The translations under genes were made by a program, and so were the position numbers. DNA of 64,000 nt from Mustelus asterias (lineage: Eukaryota), in assembly GCF_964213995.1 (NCBI RefSeq), contig NC_135804.1:58776001-58840000 (forward strand), read 5' to 3'. The notes below the pieces were generated by a model. It made no database searches. It was given only the letters and a program-made list of their open reading frames with translations, and was not told the DNA's origin. This document shows positions 49,634 to 61,900 of this stretch, piece after piece (the first letter of the stretch is position 1; the number at the start of each line of letters is the position of its first letter).

Positions 49634-52080
49634 AGTTTATGAATATCTCAGACAATATCATGGCCATCTAAGTCCAGTTTCCCTGAACATTGACCATGGC
49701 TTCTATCAGCCATGGACTTGATCAGTTCTTCAAATCCAACCAGTGGCATTTTGTAGCACCTGCCCTGACTTGGCTGGTGCTTCTGTTCAACTCTACAATA
49801 AATGAAGACAAAGAACTAACTGGCGCATTTTTAAAAAAAGAAGAAATGTTTCTTTCTGCTTGTGTAATTGTTGCGTTTTCTACTTTATTAAATGGATAAA
49901 AATAACTTTTCTGAGGGTTTTAATTGTATAGAGATATTTCACCCTGATCATTTTGACTTTACTTTGTAATTGGATGTAGCACTCAATCTAGTAAGATTGA
50001 CAATTCACTGAATGGATTCTGTGGCTTTGATTTCTGTGATAGAAAGTGTTTTGCCCTCCTCTTGCTGTCCAACTCTCATCTCGTACATATTTAGTCTTGT
50101 TTATGATCAGATCTGGGACCTGTGGCTTTATACAGTGGGTTGAGATTTTAACTTTTATCTGTTTTACACAAATTAATGTTTTCTGGTCATTCCATGTGAT
50201 TAAGGTGTGTAAATGACCTGACTGCTGCTAGTTTGAGGGCCTGTTCAATTTGCCCCAGTGTCTGAGTATGATTTAAATTGTGTGAAGTATTTTAATCTTC
50301 AGAAAATTGCAATGCTCAGAATCAGTGGGAACTACAGTAAATGCCAGATTGCAGGCAGTCATAAGGCTGTTTGCAGATCTTAATGTGTTTTTTTAAAAAA
50401 AAACTTGAGTGTTCAAACTATAAAGCAATTTGAACTGGACTAAAGTATTGAGGTGAGCCTGGGCTGTTTTTTAAAACAAATTGTAATTCTGAATGGTAAT
50501 GAACCAAGTCCACGTCTAGGGGTTTTGTGCTTCCAGTTGGTGGGACAACAGTTCATTTATTACTTATTTTGTGTGGGAATTATGTTGAATTCCTTCTTGG
50601 CAAGAAATCTGAAAGTTAGAATATGGGAATTTTAGAATCATTATTGACTAGTAGTTCAAGGCCCACTGTAACCTTGGTGATAAACAAGTCCTTGCCTGTA
50701 TTATCTGCATTTGAAAATAGCATCTTGCCTGTCTTGAAGCTGTATGTCCATAGTGTTGCACATCACACTGGCAGAATGGAATGCTAGAACATCACCGTTG
50801 GCAGATGTGGGATGCAATTAATAGTGCTGTCAGTAGGATTGCAGTAATCCGATATAATTAAACTGCACTGAAAATGTTGCAGTTTATACAATGTTTTGCC
50901 TTAAGATTGGTTGGTGCCAGGAGAGAACTGTAAGGATAGTAAAGTAAGAATGGGTCCATTACTAGTGGGAGTGATTTCAAAAAAATATTACTTTAGTGTG
51001 CAGCACTTGACTTGATATAGTCTTATCAAATGCCAGGAGGACTATCACTGGTCTTGCTGTAGCTTTGACAACCTAAAAGAAATAATAAACAGTTGATTAT
51101 ACTTTTTGTGGTTTCACTCCATCTCCTTCCATGTTGGCCCCTGTTTCTTATCACCTTTCCACGCCGCCCCCCCCCCCCCCCCCCCCCCCCCACCTGCCAA
51201 ATAAAAATTTAAAATTGATCTCCATTTTCAGCAAAGTAGCCCTGTGGAATTTCATAATCTGTGTATACAGTCCCTGTATTCTTATTTATGGAACCTGACC
51301 ATGGTTCCTGTATCTTCTGACCCATAGGAATTAGTTGATTTACAATGGTGAACCTTGTGCATAAACAATGTGTTTAGCCAGCTGGCACATTTGGTATCAC
51401 TGCAATGAAAACTGCAGCGGTTAGCACTGCTGTCTCAGTGCCAGGGACCCAGGTGCGATTCCTGGCTTGGGTCACTGTGTGGAGTTTGCGCATTCTCCTA
51501 ATGTGTACGTGGATTTCTTCCAGATGCTCCAGTTTCCTTCCACACTCCAAAGATGTGCTGGTTAGGTTGGCCATGCTAAATTGCCCCTTAGTGTCAGGGG
51601 GTTAGTAGGGTTATGGGATAGGTCCTGGGTGGGATTGTGATTGGCCGCTTCCTGCACTGTAGGAATTCTATGATAGCACAGTTGGTGTCTGTTAGCTAAA
51701 TTGTTTCCTTGACCCTGTTGGATCTTTGGGGTTGACTAACTGAACTGTACTTCCCTGGGAGCAGCACAAAAATGAAGCAATTTTTCAGTAGTTGCTGTCA
51801 AAAGTATTCTGACTAGCCTAGTTATGTTTTCTCCTTTTTTAAAAGGTAGGATTATGTTGTTGCGGGCAATAGGCTTATCTGTCCCTCTATTGAAACTGGA
51901 TAACTTATTCTTGGGTTCTATTAAACAGTTTGAATTTTGTGGAATGGTGGTGCATTGAATTTCCCATTATCCTATGCCACATGGTTGGTGATTACAATAC
52001 ATGTTTGCTGTTGCCTCAAACAGAACAAATTTTTAAAAAAACTTGTTAAACACAATAAATATTTGTTTTATTAAAGTTGA
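49634..52080 (+). promoter_or_regulatory. NUDT21: NUDT21 3'UTR region with several candidate poly(A) signals
   Basis: AT-rich and largely TE-poor. AATAAA at ~49797, ~51084, ~51199 and ~52054. A SINE at 51415-51673 lies within it. The true 3' end is uncertain. Confidence 0.6.
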
Positions 52081-52531
52081 ATTGATTGGCACTTAATGCT
52101 CCAAAAGGAATATCCAAGTCTGATCTCAAACCATGGAATTTCAATTTTAAGAACTATCATAAACTGACATTACAAAATCTGTATGACTTGGTTGATATTG
52201 TTTCAAACTTGAGCAAATTTATAACATGCTACCCAAAGTAATAAAATATTTGCAAAGCCTTCTTGGTATGAAAAGGAACTGATATTAGACTTGTTCCATT
52301 GGATAAGTGACCAATTCTCCTGTTTTACCACCTTGGCTTTGTGGATTCTCACCATTGTTCTGTACTTTAATTGCGATGAATGAAACTCTACGGTTAATGA
52401 ACAAATATCAGGAGGCCTTGTGGCACAGTGGGTACCTGCTTCTGAGGCAGAAGCTCTGGGTTCAAGTCTGACACAGTAAGAGTTTTAACAACACCAGTTT
52501 AAAGTCCAGCAGGTTTATTTGGTAGCAAATG

Positions 52532-52568
52532 CCATTAGCTTTCGGAGCGCTGTTCCTTCGTCAGATGG
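52532..52568 (-). ncRNA. Minimal hammerhead ribozyme, core intact
   Basis: CCAT-CTGACGA-A-GGAAC-AGC-GCTCC-GAAA-GC-TA-ATGG, with one stem II mismatch. Confidence 0.72.
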
Positions 52569-55500
52569 AGTGGATATCTGCTCTCAAACAGGGCATACAG
52601 AGACATAAAATCAAGTTACAGAATACTGATTAGAATGCAAATCTCTACAGCCAGCCAGGTCTTAAAGATGCAGACAATGTGAGTGAAGGGAACATTAAAC
52701 ACAGGTTAAAGAGATGTGTATTGTCTCCAGACAGGACAGCCAGTCAGATTCTGCAAGTCCAGGAGGCAAGCTGTGGGGGTTACTGATAGTGTGACATAAA
52801 CCCAGCATCCCAATTTAGGCTGTCCTCATATGTGCGGAACCTGGCTATCAGTTTCTGCTCAGCGACTCTGCACTGTCGTGTGTCGTGGAGAACGCTTACC
52901 CGAAGATCTGAATGCCCGTGACCGCTGAAGTGCTCCCCCACAGGAAGAGAACAGTCTTGCCTGGTGATTGTTGAGCGTTGTTCATTTATCTGTTGTTGTA
53001 GTGTCTGCATGGTATCCTCAATGTACCATGCCTCGGGACATCCTTTCCTGCAGCGTATCAGGTAGACAACGTTGGCTGAGTTGCAAGAGTAGGTATCGTG
53101 TACCTGGTAGATGGTGTTCTCACATGAGATAATGGCATCTGTGTCGATGATCCAGCACGTCTTGCAGAGGTTGCTGTGGCAGGGTTGTGTGGTATTGTGG
53201 TCACTGTTCTCCTGAAGGCTGGGTAGTTTGCTGTGGACATTGGTCTGAGGTTGTGCGGTTGTTTGAAGGCAAGAAGTGCGGGTGTGGGGATGGCCTTGGT
53301 GAGATGTTCGTCTTCATCAATGACATGTTGAAGGCTCCGGAGGAGATGCTGTAGCTTCTCCGCTCTGGGGAAGTACTGGACGATGAAGGGTACTGTGTCC
53401 TGTGTTTGTCTTCTGAGGAGGTTGGTGTGGTTTTTTGCTGTGGCGTGTCGGAACTGTCGATCGATGAGTCAAGCGCTATATCCTGTTATGAGGGCATCTT
53501 TCAGCGTCTGGAGGTGTCTGTTGCGATCCTCCTCATCCGAGCAGATCCTGTGTAAAAGGAAGGCTTGTCTGTAGGGGATGGCTTCTTTAACGTGTTTAGG
53601 GTGGAAGCTGGAGAAGTGGAGCACCGTGAGGTTATCCATGGGCTTGCGGTACAGTGAGGTGCTGAGGTGACTATGCTTAATGGAGATGCGTGTATCCAAG
53701 AATGCAACTGATTCCGGAGAGTAGTCCATGGTGAGTCTGATGGTGGGATGGAACTTGTTGATGTCGTCGTTGTTTCAGTGATTGTTCACCATGAGTCCAA
53801 AGGAAGAAAATGTCATCGGTGTATCTAGTGTATAGCATCGGTTGAAGGTCCTGTGCGGTGAAGAAGTCTTGTTCGAACCTGTGGATGGAGGTGTTGGCAT
53901 ATTGAGGTGCGAATTTGGTCCCCATGGCTGTTCCATGTGTCTGGGTGAAGAACTGGTTGTTGAAGGTGAAGACATTGTGGTCCAGGATGAAGCGGATGAG
54001 TTGTAAAATTACATCTGGAAACTGGCAGTTGTCGGCGTTGAGTACTGAGGCCGTTGCAGCAATGCCATCATCATGGGGGATGCGGGTGTAGAGTGCCGAG
54101 ACATCCATTGTGATGAGTGCTCCTGGTTCAACTGCTCCATGTGTGCTGATCAAGACCTTTTTGATCCAGACCTTCAGAGCACCCTCCGTGCTCTTATCCC
54201 ACATACTCCCCGCATTGGAGATCTCTACTGCCTCCCGAAGATACACAAGGCAAACACACCCGGCTGTCCCATCATATCGGGCAACGGGGCCCTGTGCAAG
54301 AACCCCTCCAGCTACATCGAGGGCATCCTGAAACCAATTGTACAAAGAACCCCCAGCTTTTGTCGCAAAACTACGGACTTCCTACAGAAACCCAGCGCAC
54401 ATGGAGCAGTTGAACCAGGAGCACTCCTCATCACAATGGATGTCTCGGCACTCTACACCAGCATCCCCCACGATGATGGCATTGCTGTAACGGCCTCAGT
54501 ACTCAACGCCGACATCTGCCAGTTTCCAGATGTAGTTTTACAACTCATCCTGGACCACAATGTCTTCACCTTCAACAACCAGTTCTTCATCCAGACCCAT
54601 GGAACAGCCATGGGGACCAAATTCACACCTCAATATGCCAACATCTTCATCCACAGTTTCGAACAAGACTTCTTCACCGCACAGGACCTTCAACCGATGC
54701 TATACACTAGATACATCGATGACATTTTCTTCCTTTTTGGACTCTCAGTTGTTTCAGTGATTGTTCACCATATGATGACATCAACAAGTTCCATCCCACC
54801 ATCAGACTCACCATGGACTACTCTCCGGAATCATTTGCATTCTTGGACACACTCGTCTCCATTAAGGATGGTCACCTCAGCACCTCACTGTACCCCAAAC
54901 CCACGGATAACCTCACGATGCTCCACTTTCCAGCTTCCACCCTAAACATGTTAAAGAAGCCACCCACTACGGACAAGCCCTCCGTATACACAGGATCTGC
55001 TCAGATGAGGAGGATTGCAACAGACACCTCCCAGACGCTGAAAGATGCCCTCATAAAAGGGCGGCACGGTAGCACAGTGGTTAGAACTGCTGCTTCACAG
55101 TTCCTGGGACATGTGTTTGATTCCCGGCTTGGGTCACTGTCTGTGTGGAGTTTGCACATTCTCCTTGTGTCTGTGTGGGATTCCTCCAGGTGCTCCGGTT
55201 TCCTCCCAAAGTCCAAAGATGTGCGGGTTAGGTTGATTGGCCATGCTAAAATTGCCCCTTAGTGTGTCCTGGGATGCGTGGATCAGTGGGTAAAATATGT
55301 AGGGATATGGGGGTGGGGTCGAGGTGGGATTGTGGTTGGTAAAGACTCGATGGGCCAAATGGCCTCTTTCTGTACTGTAGGGTTTCTATGACTAAGAACA
55401 GGATATGGCGCTCGACTCATCGATCGACAGTTCCGACGCGCCACAGTGTAAAACCGCACCGACCTCCTCAGAAGACAAACACAGGACACGGTGGACAGAG

Positions 55501-56325
55501 TACCCTTTGTCGTCCAGTACTTCCCCGGAGCGGAGAAGCTACGGCATCTCCTCCGGAGCCTTGATGTCATTGCTGAAGACTAACATCTCGCCAAGGCCAC
55601 ACCCCCACTTCTTGCCTTCAACCAACCGCACAACCTCAAACAGACCATTGTCCGCAGCAAACTACCCAGCCTTCAGGAGAACAGTGACCATGACACCACA
55701 CAACCCTGCCACAGCAACCTCTGCAAGACGTGCCAGATCATTGACACGGATGCCGTCATCTCACGTGAGAACACCATCTACCAGGTACACGGTACCTACT
55801 CTTGCAACTCGACCAACGTTGTCTACCTGATACACTGAAGGAAAGGATGTACATTGGGGAAACCATGCAGACAGTACGACAACGGATAAATGAACATCGC
55901 TCGACAATCAGCAGGCAAGACTGTTCTCTTCCTGTGGGGGAGCACTTCAGCGGTCACGGGCATTCAGCCTCTGATCTTCGGGTAAGCGTTCTCCAAGGCG
56001 GCCTTCACGACACACGACAGCGCAGAGTCGCTGAGCAGAAACTGATAGCCAAGTTCCGCACACATGAGGACGGCCTAAACTGGGATGTTGGGTTTATGTC
56101 ACACTATCAGTAACCCCCACAGCTTGCCTCCTGGACTTGCAGAATCTGACTGGCTGTCCTGTCTGGAGACAATACACATCTCTTTAACCTGTGTTTAATG
56201 CTCCCTCCACTCACATTGTCTGTATCTTTAAGACCTGGTTGGCTGTAGAGATTCACATTCTAATCAGTATTCTGTAACTTGATTTTGTGTCTCTGTATAC
56301 CCTGTTTGAGAGCAGATATCCACTG

Positions 56326-56362
56326 CATCTAACGAAGGAGCAGCGCTCCGAAAGCTAATGGC
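56326..56362 (+). ncRNA. Degenerate hammerhead ribozyme (core CUAACGA)
   Basis: Paralogous position to 1589-1625; shares the G-to-A core change. Confidence 0.6.
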
Positions 56363-58711
56363 ATTTGCTACCAAATAAACCTGTTCGACTTTAACCTGGT
56401 GTTAAAACTCTTACTGTGTTTACCCCAGTCCAACGCTGGCATCTCCACATCATGACTGCCTTCAAGTCTGACTCCAGGAGTTGCTGGTCAAGGAATGTTG
56501 CTAAATAAGTTGAGTAACTTGTGAATCCTTAACGTACACCAACGGTAGACAGTAAGAACAGGAGAAATTTCCATTACATGGTCAGCCATGTGATGGAAAT
56601 TAATTGAAGCCTCTACCATCACTATCCATAGTCTTGGGGTACAACATAATGTAATGGTGTGTTACTAGAGCAACTGACTCCTTGGAGGGTTAAATTGCTG
56701 GTGTCTATCAGACTGGTACCAATAGTCTGGGGGTTAATCCAACTGGAGTGGATTGGGACCTGCCTCCTGGCTGTGAGATCTGAGTGCTGTAGGTTAGACC
56801 TGCCTTCAGGCAGGGTAGAGGAATCGAATACCCTGGGTCTACAACTATAAAAAGCTCAATTTTGTGTTGTTTTTAGATTCTCGACTTCTCTCTCTTTGTC
56901 ATGTTTACTTCTGCATACTCTACATGTTTGTCTTGCTGTTTAGATTTTGATGTTTTCTTGAAGTCAGCGAGCTGCAGAGTGGCGTAAGTCAGCTTGTTAT
57001 CTCCGCTTTGTTTAGTCTGTGAAAGCAATTTTTAATACCTGTTAACTCGTCAGCTCATTACTTGAGGCAATCAGATTTTTAAAAAGGCTGTAATGAAGTT
57101 TTCTCTAATTTCAAGTCACAGTTAATAAGAACACACAGCCCATCAAGTTTAACCAGCTCTCTGTGGAGCAATTTAGTCCCCTTTTATGCTGACAAAAAGT
57201 GGCCATCCAATTTCCTTTTGAAATTATTGGTCTCTGCTTCCCTCTATCCCTGGCAGCCCACAAACCTATCTCCAACCTGTTTTTAACCCCCACCCCCTCC
57301 CCCCAACATCCCTTGCTCAAAAGCTTCATTCTTGTACTATCAGCTAATGGGAACACCACAATGAATCTCTGCTCCAGGGAGAGCAACACGAGCTTTTTCA
57401 TGCCTAGAACCATTGTTACATTTCCTCTTTTAGTGCCCACACATACTAATGTGTGCTGACCTGAGCAGGCTGCAAAACCTGTGGCCTAACCAAAACTTTA
57501 TAAAGCTTGAATATTAGGACCATGGAATCCATCAAGTGTGCACTGACTATCCAGGCCCACTACCCCCTCTATCCTATAACCCTGTGCCTTTAGTATACCT
57601 AACGTACACAATCTACTTGTCATGTTTTACTCACCACTCCCTTACTATGTCCTGCACTACCACCTTCAAAGATTGATGCACGTAGACTCCCAGTTCCCTC
57701 TGTTCTGCACACTCTTTAGAACTGCGCCAGTACATCGATGATGTTTATCCTTATCCCTTCTGCCAAAGTCCAGCACCTTGTGTTTTTAGATTGCATTTTG
57801 CCACTTATCTGTCTATTCTTTTGTCCTGATGCAGCCCATTAAAACTCATCCTTTGTTAGCTCCTCCAAGTTTGGTATCATTGACAATTGTTTGTATTGGT
57901 TTTATTTTGAGTCTCTCTCCTCTTCAAAGTCCTCCCCCAAATTGTGTTGGTATTCTGTTTCAATCTTCGAGTTCCCCTGCTATTATAACCAATTTAAGAC
58001 AGCAGATGCATACTTCAATTGAAATAACAGACAAATGAATTTCATACTTGCAGACTGGTGGTTACTTGTATGCTGGGATGACGTGGCTACATATGGGGTC
58101 ACGTGGCAGGAGTGCAGGTAGACACACAGCATGCTGCTCAGAGTATTCCATAAACTGTTATTGTTCTAATACTTGGTCGCCAGTTATTGGAACCCAGCAA
58201 AGAATATTTGAAAAGCTGGTGTTACAATTGGTGCTTATGACTGAATTTTGCATGAGCCCAGCTAATCTATCTGATCTACTTACCCCTGGGGAAAGGCTCC
58301 AAGGTCCTGTTTACCCACTGGCTTCCTCTCCCCTCTTTCCCCCCAAATCTCTGGGCCATGAGGCAAATATGAATGCTGGCTGAGATCAGTCAACACCATC
58401 AGTTGGTTGATTAAAATGTGGGGCCTTCACAATTGCTGCAGCTCAGTGTAGTACCATTTAACACTGAGGGTGTTTCAATGAATGATCTGAGCTATACCTG
58501 GAAATATACAATACTCTTCTCTATCTGTATGGGTTTGCATTTTTCCTGGTGTTGGTTTCGACAGGGGCGTTGTTAGTTGAGTTTCTTATTTTGTGGTTTA
58601 GAACAATCATTACTGTAGCCAGCCCCAAAAAGGGAACAGAGTCCAGTGCCCTTTTTATATTGCCTCTGATTTGCTTTTTCCAACTAAATCAGTTGGAGAG
58701 ATGCTGGTGCT

Positions 58712-58951
58712 TTAGGACTCTTTATTCTGTCCAATAAAGTCAAAACCACACTGTGCAGTTTCAGTAATGATTGTGATAACAGTGTTGATCTTGAATGAAA
58801 ATAGCTTGGGTATTAATTGACCCCAGTCCCTTCGTCCTACCTGGGAATAGATGGTGTGCTCTTTCTCATGTCTCCGTTTGGAGGATCCATTGTCATGTTT
58901 CAAGTTTAGACTGGCATAGGCAACAGTTTCATTATTTGGTCCTTGTTGAAC
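58712..58951 (-). CDS. Terminal ITIM/ITSM exon of a second receptor copy (remaining exons predicted beyond 64000); stop-loss adds 37 aa
   Basis: VQQGPNNETVAYASLNLKHDNGSSKRRHEKEHTIYSQVGRRDWGQLIPK...QNKES*. Acceptor intact; TGA->TGG relative to copy A. Confidence 0.85.
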   Translation of the reverse strand, partial: VQQGPNNETVAYASLNLKHDNGSSKRRHEKEHTIYSQVGRRDWGQLIPKLFSFKINTVITIITETAQCGFDFIGQNKES

Positions 58952-61900
58952 CTGCAAAAAAAATGGAATATTGGTTGAGAGTCATCTATCAACATTTGGA
59001 ACTGAGTCTGAGAATGTAAATATGTAGACGGTAACTGATAACATTCGGGTACCATTACACACTATCCACTGATGTAATCTAATATTTCACAAATTATTTA
59101 CCCGTATTTACAATTGAGATGATCTTGAGCATCACTAATAACTATCCTATGAACAATGCAAACAAATCATTCCCTCCCCCTTTCTCAATTATCTCCTTTT
59201 ACTTAATTTGACCTTTTACTTCGACACATTCCATCCCTCAGTAGAAATCTCCAATTCCACTGCCTAACCCAGAGGTGTAGTGTGCAGAACAATTCAGGTA
59301 CCTGCAGCCAATCTGAATGAGCTAAGACACCAGAGGCAGGGATAGAAGCACGTAACAATGTAAGGATTAGGAGTAAAACTAGGCCACATGACCCATTGGC
59401 ATGCTCCACCATTCAATAGGTTAATGGCTGATTTGGTTGAGGTCTCACCTCCACTTTCCTGTTTATCCTCTAAGAAGAAATTCCTCATCTTTGTCTTTGA
59501 ATACTGTGGTAGGGTGGCATTTGTTGTCTCACTCCATTTAAATAGTTTAAATGATATTCTACGTTGAGTAGTACATAGAAGATAGGAGGAGGCCATTTGG
59601 CCCTTGGAGCCTGCTACCCCATTCATCATGATCATGGCTGATCATCCAACTCAATAGCCTAATCCTACTTTCTCCTCCTAACCTTTGATCCCATTCACCC
59701 CAAGTGCTTTATCTAGCTGCCTCTTGAATACATTCAATGTTTTGGAACCAACTGATTCCTGTGGTAATGAATTCCACAGGCTCACCACTCTTTGGGTGAA
59801 GAAATGTCTCCTCATCTCTCCTAAATGGTCTACCCTGAATCCTCAGACTGTGACCCCTGGTTCTGGACTCCCCCCACCATCGGGAACATCCTCCCTGCGT
59901 CTATCCTGTCAAGTCCTGCTAGAATTTTATAAGTCTGAGATTCCCCCCTCATTCATCTGAACTCCAGTGAAAACAATCCTAACCTAGTTAATGTCTCCTC
60001 ATACATCAGTCCCTATGTGGCACAAATGAAGATGGAGATTAATCATCTCAGCCCTAGTACACCATTGCAGGACTTTCTCAGGGTAGTGCCCGAGACCCAA
60101 TCGCCTTCAGCTGCTTCATCAATGACATTCATTCAATCAAATATGGGTTTGACTGCACAATGTTCAGCACCATTCGCAACTCCTAACATACTGAAGCAGT
60201 CCATGCACAAGTGCAGCAAGACCCAGACAGCATCCAGGTTTTGGCAAACAAGTGGCAAGTAATATTCATGCCACACAAGTGCCAGGCAATGACCATCTCC
60301 AACAAGAGATGATCCATTGCCCCTTGACACTTGATGACATTACCGTCACTGAATCCCACACTATCAATATTCATTGACCAGAAACTGAACTGGACTAGCC
60401 ATAAAAATACTGTCACTACTAGAGCAAAGTGAAAGTTAAGAATCCTGTGGCGAGTAACTCACTTCCTGACTCCCCAAATCCTGTCCACCATCTACAAGGC
60501 AAAAGTCAGGAGTGTAATGGAATACTGTCCATTTGCCTGGATAAATGCAGCTCCAAAAACACTGAAGAAGCCGGACACCATTCAGGACAAAGCAGCCCAA
60601 TTGATTGATACCCTTTCTCAAACTATCTACAAGATGCATTGCAGGCGCTGAGGTTCCGAAGGCAGAACCTTCCAAACACACGGCCACTACCGTCCAGAAG
60701 GATAAGGTCAGCTGATACCTGCAAACACCACCACCTGTACAAAGAACAAACAAAGAACAGTACAGCACAGGAAACAGGCCCTTGGGCCCTCCGAGCCTGT
60801 GCCACTCATTGGTCCAACTAGATCATTCGTTTGTATCCCTCCATTCCCAGACTGCTCATGTGACTATCCAGGTAAGGCTTAAACAATGCCAGCGTGTCTG
60901 CCTCCACCACCCTACTTGGTAGCGCATTCCAGGCCCCCACCACTCTCTGTGTAAAAAACGTCCCTCTGATATCTGAGTTATACCTCGCCCCTTGAGCCCG
61001 TGACCCCTCGTGATCGTCACCTCCGACCTGGGAAAAAGCTTCCCACTGTTCACCCTATCTATACCCTTCATAATTTTGTACACCTCTATTAGGTCTCCCC
61101 TCATTCTCCGTAGTTCCAGGGAGAACAAGCCCAGTTTACCCAATCTTGTAAGTTCCCCTCCAAGTCACTTACCATCCTGACTTTGAAATTCATGCTACTC
61201 CTTCACTATCCTTGGGTCGAAATCCTGTGATTCCTTTGATAACAACACTGTGGGTGCACCTCAGGAACTGCAGCAGTTCAAGAAGGCAGCTTATCACCAC
61301 CTTCTCAAGGACAAATAGGGATGGTCAGCAAATGGTAGTTTTTAAAAATTCATTGGTGGGATATGGGTGTCGCTGGCTGGCCAGCATTTATTGCCCATCC
61401 CTAGTTGCCCTTGAGAAGGCAGTGGTGAGCCACGTTCTTAAATCACTGCAGTCCATGTGCTGTGGGTTGACCCACAATGCCATTGAGGGAATTCCAGGGT
61501 TTTGACCAAACAACTGTGAAGGAACAGCAGCAATATATTTCCAAGTCAGGACGGTAAGTGCCTTGGAGGGGAACTTGTGGTGGTGCTCCCATGTATCTGC
61601 TGCCTTTGTCCTTCTCGATGGAAGTGGTCGTGGGTTTGGAAGGTGCTGTCCAAGAATCATTGGTGAATTGCTGCAGTGCATCTTGTAGATAGTACACACT
61701 GCTGCTATTGAGCGTCAGTGGTGCAGTGAGTGGATGTTGTCAAGCTTCTTGAATGTTGTTGGAGCTGTACCCATCCAGACAAGTGGGAAGTATTCCATCA
61801 CACTCCTGACTTGTGCCTTGTAGATGGTGAATAGTTTTTGGGAAGTCAGGAGGTGAGTTACTTGCCACAGTATTCCTAGCCTTTGACCTGCTCTTGTAGC

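Larger units (their letters stand above)
52473..56460. mobile_element. Single Penelope insertion in inverted configuration: minus arm 52473-~54148, plus arm ~54149-56460
   Basis: Perfect 12-bp TSD TTCAAGTCTGAC at 52461-52472 and 56461-56472. PLE RT motifs (LPKIHK..PIISG, MDVSALYTSIP, GTAMG, YIDDIF) and GIY-YIG (YIGET..RINEH). A SINE at 55058-55390 is in the plus arm only. Confidence 0.93.

Noticed and set aside
51165-51192. Poly-C/poly-G runs (also ~8832-8849, 10407-10432, 63609-63639) as functional G-quadruplexes
   Set aside because: Simple homopolymers whose length differs between duplicate copies; error-prone, with no supporting context.
54073-54945. 290-aa ORF (and the 213-259 aa ORFs elsewhere) as host genes or active elements
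   Set aside because: They are reverse-transcriptase fragments of 5'-truncated, frameshifted retroelements.
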